This document shows positions 55,800-64,000 of a stretch of 64,000 nucleotides of DNA, piece after piece. Position 1 is the first letter of the stretch. Every line of letters begins with the position of its first letter. Position numbers and translations under genes: made by a program. The notes under the pieces were generated by a model. It was not told the DNA's origin and ran no database searches. It saw nothing but the letters and a program-made list of their open reading frames with translations. The DNA lies in NCBI RefSeq assembly GCF_009834535.1, contig NC_045696.1, positions 50,966,001 through 51,030,000 on the forward strand, read 5' to 3'. This DNA comes from Camelus ferus. Its lineage: Eukaryota.

Positions 55800-56709
55800 C
55801 TTTTTTTTTTTTTTTTACTTTTTTGACCCCAATGAACTCCAAGGGTAAGGGGGCTGCATTTCTTCCTGAGGTTTCCTGAAGGGTGGTCTTGCTATTCTTG
55901 GTGAAGCACGGAGAGTACTAATTGGTGACCATCCTTCACGTGGAATTACCTTCTGCTCCCCAGTCTTAGGGAAACAGAGCTCTGCTCTCTTTCTGAATAG
56001 GTCTAGATTGGAAGTTTTCGTAATTTTCCCTGAACAATAAATTTTTTAAAATTCCCTGGCTCTGTCCTACATCTTTTTCATTGCCTTGAAGTTCCTGTCA
56101 CCTAAGACTTACTGTTTCATCGGAGATGAAAAATAGCTAACCACCACGAAATAGCCTTGAAGTCATATCACATTTTAGTCGTGCTAGATAAAGTCTGGGT
56201 TTCCCATCTCGTGTCCCAGGATTAGAGTTATGATTTAGTAAACAAGAGATTTGAACAGAGAGATTTTCAAGTCTGGACATACAACCCCACCGTGGCTGGC
56301 TCCTGGACCCCTAATTTCCTCTAACTCTTGACGTTCTTTGTGAATTAGGACACTACGGCCTTTAAACGGAGGATTATCCAAAATAATTCAAAAGCACCTC
56401 TCTTTTAGGGTGCTGTAATGCTGCCATCACACAAAAAAAAGTTGATTTGCATTTTATGATTTTTATTACACTGCTTATCTGAGCCTTTCGCAAGCCTGCA
56501 CACCCAGATCTAGGCAGGCCCCCTTAGAGGAAGAGGACAAATTCAGGCCTGAGGTTTATTCTGCTTCTCTCTCCACGTGGGACACTTTATAAAGTAACTT
56601 GCTTTTCGGGGGCCCATTTCCCCTCTATCCTCTCCTTCACCACTTCTCTTTTCACTTGCACAGAATCAGAAATACTGCTTCAGTCAGTAGTAAATCAAGA
56701 AGTATTTGG

Positions 56710-56809
56710 TGGGGAGGGTATAGCTCAGTGGTAGAGTGTGTGCTTAGCCTGCATGAAGTCCTCGGTTCGATCCCCAGTATTTCCATTTAAAAAAAAAAGA
56801 AAGAAAGAA
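56710..56809 (+). mobile_element. tRNA-Ala-derived SINE (Vic-1-like)
   Basis: ggggagggtatagctcagtggtagag...ggttcgatcccc, A/GAAA tail, TSD aagaa(g/a)tatttgg. Confidence 0.88.
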
Positions 56810-59189
56810 AAGAAATATTTGGGCCAAACACTGTGAGGAACTGGGCACAGCAATGGGCAAAACACACAGGGTGTTTTCTGTCATGGGGTCTGTGGTCCAA
56901 AAGGGAAGATACACATAAAACAAATAATTTGTTAATTATAAGTAGGCAAAGAGCTCCAAGGAGAGAATGGCCTTAGGAGAATTTTATCGTTAGGTGTAGA
57001 ACAAAAAAAGTCCAAATAATTATCAGCAAATTTTATCCCCAGACATGAAGCCCTACATTACTGATACAACATAGCATCTCTCTCAAAACCAAATTCCTAG
57101 AAAGGATATTTAGAAGGTCTCCAGAAGAGACCTCTGCAGGGAGGTGCAGGCTTTTTCCACTTGTGGTCTCCATATCTACTACACAATGAAACAAAGAAAC
57201 AAAATAATCAGAGGGGACTCTGCTCAGTATCAGAGAGAGGGTACCAGTTCTCAGGGATGTACAACTTTGAAATTTGTACATTTGAAAATTGACTGTTGCT
57301 AAGATTGCTCCAACCACGTCAGAGGATTTCAAATTGACTTTCAAGTGCTAGAACAATGTAATAACTAGGTGGCTGGAGCATTCAGAAGAAGGAAAACTGA
57401 GATGAGGCAAGAAATCTAAATCTAAATCTGAAAGACTGAATTGAGATTCAGTTGAAGGTCAGGTTCAAGCGGAAGGGCTTTATGAAAGCCTTGGGGGAAG
57501 AGAACTATGAGATTTCAGCCTGAACCATCCCTAGAAACTACAAATTTGGAAGAGGGCATTAAACAAGAAGGTAAACTGAGGCTTAATTGGGACATGGAGG
57601 GGAAAATAGCTACTTCTTTGAGTAATGGAAGTTAAAGAGTAAACTGGAAGGAAAAGAAAGTTGTTTAACTTCCCGAGAAGCACCAGATGGTGGAGTTGGT
57701 GGCACACAGGATGGAAAGAGCCTAGAGCATGTTGTTTTAGTGAGAACTCTGTAAAAAGGGTGGGGGAAGAGGACTGGGCCAGAGGGGGATGGATAAACTT
57801 TTGATGTGATGCATTTATGGGTTTGATTTTGTTTGTTTTCAGGATGGCTAAAAGCAAAATGAAAGGGACACTTGGGCTCCACTGAGCTGAGGCTGCTGAG
57901 CTGGGCAGTATTTGAAAATATGGTATTTGAACTAGCAGGAAGCTTAAACCTATTGGGCTCTCACAACATGCTGTGTCATGCCCAGAGGAGGAGAATATTG
58001 TGTCCTCTCCAGGTAAAAGGGGAGAAATCAGAAAAATAAGAGAGATAATTTGAACTGACAACCTCAAAGTTTTCATAAGAAAAATGAAAGTCCCGGTTTT
58101 AATCCCAGCAGAGAACAGAGATCTGGGGACCGAGATGGTTGGGGTGGGGATCCTTTTAATCCATCCTTGAAGAAACAACAGCTACAAACAACAGCTACAT
58201 CCCCCTAATTGTTAGGAATTCTTAGGAATTGCAACAACCCCTTCCTGCTGTCCTTTTACTGGGATTTTACTGTTGAAAACTATTGCCCTCAATTCCCATC
58301 TCCCAACCTCTACCAGAGTAAAGTTGGCAGAACTGATCATTAAAACAGCAAACATCTGTCATCAGGCATTCTGCCAAAGGTTTTATATACACTCCATGTT
58401 TAATCCTGAGATACTTACCACCACCAGCCCCGTGAAGTCAGTATTATTACTATTATCCCCATTTCCCAGATGGAGAAACTGAAACTTAGAGAAGTCAGTG
58501 TTCACCAGGTGAAGTGAAAGGTTCAGAAACTTAGATGAACAGCCAGAAATGAGTAACAAATTAGGTAACAAAACCTGAAACAGGGAAGACAGTGTTGCAA
58601 TGAAGATTCAACTTTTATTGGCGCTTGTATCTGTACATGCAAAACACACAGCTTAGAATTATATAACCATTGACCATGTTAACAAAAAGAGATTTTTCAA
58701 AACTTCGGAAGGTATGTGTCTGTTATATAAACCTGAGTAACAATGAAACCTATTGTGCTTTAGGAAAGCCAACCAGTAAAATTGCAACTTTGGATCATTT
58801 GGGCTCTCTAAACTGGAATAGCAGCGTTCATATGAGGACTCTTCCTTAAATTTCTAAGTTTATAAGGTTAAGGACCAAAGTCCTTTTTATACATTCAGTG
58901 ATTGCATCTGGCAAAGGTGTCAGGTTTCAATTGGGAGCCCGTTAGTTCAGAAACAACAGTGGAGAGAAAGCCCAGGAATACAGTGGTTTTTTAAATTTCC
59001 TAAAACACATTCAGAGACTCAAAAAAACTGTCAAGAGTCAAAAAGTCCTCCAAAGCTGCTCTCAAAGTGATCTTTGCTGGTCCAGTAGATCAGGCAGAGT
59101 CTACAACTCCCATGCATGGCTGAACCATCTTTGTTCCTGGTGGCTGGGAGTGGTTTCATTCCACCACGCTGAGACAGATACTATACCAA

Positions 59190-60065
59190 CAGTCAACAAA
59201 TGGTACTTTCCCAACGATTATTTAAAACTATATCAGTGAATTTCTCATGTTTTGTAATGTTAAAATCCATTGGTCTGTCTTTCATTTTGAATGGATCTTT
59301 TCACCCCTGCATGGTTTTGTAGCAGCATGCCTTGGTCACTTGGAAAATATTGGTTCACTAAATTGTGCAAATCTTTCAAACATTCACACATGTAATTATA
59401 TAATCACTAACTTTAAATATATATCTACACATATTATTCATTTATATCACTACTTATCTCATCAGAGAGGTCTTAATGGGAACCTGTCAAGCTCACTATA
59501 GTGGATACAGTGAAGGGCTCATTCCACTTACTTTGTGAGAAAATGTCCGCCAGATACCAAGTCTGAATAACCACAGGTTGTGGTCATTTTCTCAGCTAAT
59601 AATAGTAGCCCATAAAGGAAGCCACGATTTCATTCTGCAATTCAGCGCTAGTGCTTTTCCTTATGAAAACCACCATCCTCCAGTTTGCAGTGGAAGTGCT
59701 TTACGTTTGCTTTCCATATGCTCATGCAATACTAATTTGATGTTTCAAAAGAATATTAAAAGGAAGTGTACTCAAGAGTGAAGATTTAATGAAATTATTA
59801 ACTTGTGCTTCATCAAGGAGATTCTAAAGCAAAACTGCCTTTTTTTTTTACTGTGAGTTTATGATTATTAAAAATACAGTGATTGTTAGCACAGTTGTCA
59901 TGCCACTGCCTAAAGTCCGAGCAGTTTTACCCACCGTTCCTTTTGCGCCATCAGTGCACATGTCAACACAGTATACAGGCATGCCATATCTTAGTATATT
60001 TCGATGTCACAGGTCCCCTAAATGGGTCTCGGAGCGCTCCAGGGCTACACTTTAAGAACCACTGC
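59190..60065. mobile_element. Charlie1-like hAT DNA transposon remnant
   Basis: ggaaaatattggttcact...; terminus cactttaagaaccactg. Confidence 0.6.
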
Positions 60066-60069
60066 TCTA

Positions 60070-62200
60070 GAAGTGTTAGTGTTTTACCTTTTACATTTAG
60101 GTCTATGATCCAACTCAAATTAATTTCTGTATGTGGTGTGAGGCAGGGGGGTCTAGGGCTTTTTTCTCTTACTATACTGATATCCAATTGCTCCAGCCCT
60201 AATAATTGAAAAGACCGTCAAAAGATACTCACTGAAATGGCACTGGCACCTTTGTCATCAGTCAGGTTTACTATATGTGTATAATCTATTTCTGAAATTT
60301 CTGTTCCCTTCCATGGGTCTATTGTCTATGCTTGTGCCAGTAATACACTGTTTTAATTATTAGAGCTTTATGGTAGTTTAAAAAAATATGAGGTATAATT
60401 GACATATGACATTATATTAGTTTCAGGTGCACAACATAATGGTTTGATATTTGTGTGTGTTGTGAAGTGATTACCACAGTAAGTCTAGTCAACATCTGTC
60501 ACCATACATAGTTACAAAATATTTTTTTCTTGTGATGAGGACTTTTAAGATCTACCCTACTAGAGCAATTTTTGAAATCTGGTCCTTTTAGGTCTTTTAA
60601 CTTTGTCTTCTTAAGATAGGCTAGACTATAGGACTTTTACATGTATATAATATAAATGTATATTTTAAATATTATATTTATATTAAATATTATATAAATT
60701 TTAGGATCAGGTTGTCCATTTCTATCCAAAAAAAAAAAAATCCCTGCAGTGATTGCAGTGGCAATTGCATGAATCTGCAAAAAAAAAAAACTTGAGGAGA
60801 ATTGTCATCTTAATGACATAGTATCATTTCTGCATTTTGGGGGGGTCTCCCTTAATTTCTCCAAGCAATATTTTAAATTTTGGTAAGTAGTTTTATTCCT
60901 TGGTAATGCACTGGCTGAGAACACCAATAAAATGTTGAGTAGATGGGTGATAATGATTATCTTTGTCTTGATCCCAACTTCAGGGGGAAATTATTAAGTA
61001 TGATGTTAGCTATAGTTTGTTTCTTGGTTTTTTTTCTGGAGATATGCTTTATCACATTGCAGATGGTCCCTTCTCTTTCTCTTTTGTTTAGAGTTTTGAC
61101 CATAAATAGATGCTGAATTTTAGCAACTGTCTGAGTTATATTTTTTTGCCTTTATTCTCTTAATACAATGAATTGCATAAATTGATTTTAAAATGTTGAA
61201 ACAATTTTGCACTCGTGAAATAAACCCCATTTGGTCATGATGTACTATTCTTTTCCTATATCACTAAATTCAATTTGCTGACATTTTGTTTAGAATTTTA
61301 ACATGCATGTTTATTAGGGATATTGGGCTATAATTTTCTTTTAGTATAATGTTGTGACAGATTTAGTATCAAGGTTATGTTAACTTCCTAAAACATGGAA
61401 ATGACCCCTGTTTCTCATGAGTTTGGGCAGATTGGTATTACTTTTTCCTTTAATATTTAGAGGAATTTCCCACTAAAACCTTGAGGGTTTTTTTTTTTTA
61501 TGGGAAGGTCTTTAAAAAACAAAACAGCTTTATTGAGATATAATTCACATACCATGAAATTCACCCATTTAAAGTGTACAATTCAACAGTCTTTAGTGTA
61601 TTCACAGAGATGTTCAACCATCATCACAATCAATTTTAGAACATTTCATCACTCCTCAAAAAACCCCATAAACATTCACAGTCACTCCTCACTTTCTCTG
61701 AAACTCCCCAACCCTAGGCAACTGCAAATCCACTTTCTGTCTCTTTAGGTTTGCCTATTCTGAACATTTCATAGAAATGGAATTATACAATACGTGGTAA
61801 GAAGGTTTTTAATTGTAGATTCAACTTGGCTAACAGGTATAGGAGTATAAAGATTTTCTGTTTTTTCTTGTGTTCATTTTGGTAAATTGTATTTTTCAAG
61901 AATTTTGTCCATTTCATTTAAATTGTCAGTAATATTGGCATAAAGTTGTAAGTAATCTTTTATGATTTTAATTTTTGATAATCTTTTGTGATGTCCCCTT
62001 TTCCATTCATTTTATTGATAATTTATATTTTCTTCTTTTGTCCTGATCAGTCTTTCTAGGAGCTCTTTTGTTTCCTTTTTAATCTTTTTCAAAAATCAAC
62101 TTTTGGATTTGTTTATTTTCTCTGTCCTATGTTTGCTTTTTCCTCTGCTTATTTGTCACATTTTCCTGGACATTGTATATATTTCCTGGATATTGTACAT
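60070..62200 (-). mobile_element. Old L1 ORF2 remnant with nested younger L1 3' ends (~60380-60560, ~61515-61800)
   Basis: tttaggtctatgatccaactc, atttgctgacattttgtttagaatt and other decayed L1 motifs. Confidence 0.7.
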
Positions 62201-64000
62201 AAATGAGCTGCAAAGACAGAAGTTGTGTCCTTTGCCACGAGGGAGGGGTCACACTTTTCCTCTGTTAGAAGGTGGTTGGGCTGGGAGCTGGATGCAGCGG
62301 TAGTTAGAATCGGTTCTCTTCTGATTTTCAACGTCTTGAAGGTGAGACAGCTTCATCCAGCAATTTAACTCCTAAGCTTCATAAACCTGTGGGAGCGTTC
62401 ACTCTGCCTTTTCAACCCATACTCATCCAACGTCCCCAGAGGGCAAAAAGTAAGGCCAGAGATCTCACCAGCACCTATGGAGGGCTTTTCTCCCTCTGAA
62501 ATTTTGTTCAGATATATTCATATAATCAGAGGAATTTTGTCTTCTTATATTGATGGGTTTTAGTATCTTTTAAAACATGATTTTTCTAATTTATCTCTTT
62601 GTTCTAGTTGGTGCAGTGGGATTGATAACCTGCCAGGATCTACTACATTCTATCTAAAAGTGAAAAGTCCCTGGATACCTTTTTAAAGAGATGTTATTAA
62701 AATCACTTTCCTTTAAACATCGAACTGAACTGGAAAGCTAACAAAACGTTAAAGTATATACAGCTGTTATAACTTTGCACATTCACTTTAGGGAGGTTGA
62801 ATTTATGCATAGTGGTTGCATTTTTATGGGTTGTATATCCTTTGGGGCATAGTGGGGCTCCTTGTCTAATCAAAATATATCCTACATCTGTGTCCTCTGA
62901 ATGAGAGGCAGTGTGCGCTGGTGGAAAGAACACTAAACCCTTGATAGTCAGAATATTGAGTTTTATTCTGAACTCGAAAGAAGCTAGACAAGGAAAATAT
63001 TATGAGCATTAATTTCCTGGAGTACATGTGGGAGTAGACGATCCCTAAGGTCATCATTTTACCTGTTTTAATACTAGGATATGTTTTATACATTCATAAG
63101 ACAAACATTTCAGGTGTAAGTGAGATGACCACCCAAGTGTCTGCTATCCAATTCAGCAGAACATACCGATAGTTTTGAAGTACCTCTCTTGATACCATCC
63201 CCTTCTCCTTTCCAAGTATCCATTATCCTGAACTTTGGGCCTATCATTTCTTTAACTGATCATTTTTACTATATCTGTAGGCTAACACTAAAAAATAAAT
63301 TTTTTGATCTATAGGCATTTAAATTTTTTATAGCTTTACACTGTGCAAGTTCCTCTACAACTTTTTTCCCCTCAAACTTCATGCCTGTGAGATGTGACCA
63401 AGCTGATGTGGGTAGTTGTAATCAAAGACCTAATTCTTGTCCCAAAGTTCTGTGCTTCTGGTTCCTCTACTACAAATAAACGAGGAGAGTGTAAACTGAA
63501 CCATCTCTCAGTTCTCTGCCAGGTCTGAAATTCTACTTCTACTATTTACAGGAAGTATAGAGGTGCATAGTTTGCTCCAATAATCTAGCATGGATCATAA
63601 TTATGATTTATTTGAGGTTGACTCTGATCAGAAACACAATCCCCATGGGAAATGTGTCATGGCATCCTTTTTAGTCATTTTGGCAAAATTTAAATATTAC
63701 TTGACTATGCAACTTCAATATGCAAGATAAATCGCTTCAATACAAGATTTGAAGTGGCACATGCAATGATCAGAAAAGACAGAATTCACAATGCAAAAAT
63801 GCAAAGTTTATTTTCTTAAATAAAATACTATATTCATATCTATACAAATAATTATTACAACCATTAAAATGTTACATTTACCAATAAAAATTTTAAAACT
63901 TTAAACAAGAGCATGGTTCAGAATATTCACACCCTAATACAATGCATTTGTAAAAAGATGTCAAAATAAACGGGACCTATTCTTATTTACAACTGTAGGA

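Noticed and set aside
57531..58178. Longest ORF in the window (215 aa, minus strand)
   Set aside because: Non-ATG start, no recognisable domain, and a composition typical of translated purine-skewed non-coding DNA.
1..64000. CRISPR array, operon or prokaryote-type defence system
   Set aside because: The sequence is a mammalian intron-exon locus; there is no repeat-spacer periodicity or dense ORF packing.

Overview
Mammalian genomic DNA, most likely camelid, judging by five tRNA-Ala-derived Vic-1-type SINEs. Most of the window is the + strand of SIDT1 (SID1 transmembrane family member 1). I traced 22 constitutive coding exons (human-equivalent exons 4-25, 5878..51286). All are GT-AG with consistent phases and sum to 1969 nt, an intact frame of 655 aa plus a split first codon, ending ...[15 protein letters not shown]. 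Exons 1-3 lie upstream of the window. There is also a 15-nt frame-preserving microexon (41810..41824) and a ~1.8 kb 3' UTR with AATAAA signals near 53.07 kb. Introns and the downstream region carry L1, L2, MIR, MLT1 LTR and hAT/MER relics. The supplied ORFs are either partial SIDT1 exons or noise. I found no new multi-gene system. The best leads are a perfect 22-bp intronic hairpin, the microexon, an 84-nt in-frame stop-free intron, a probable orthologue of the primate MIR4446 site inside an LTR, and an orphan CpG-rich promoter-like element downstream of the gene. Comparisons to human sequence and repeat subfamily names are from memory and need confirming by alignment or RepeatMasker.
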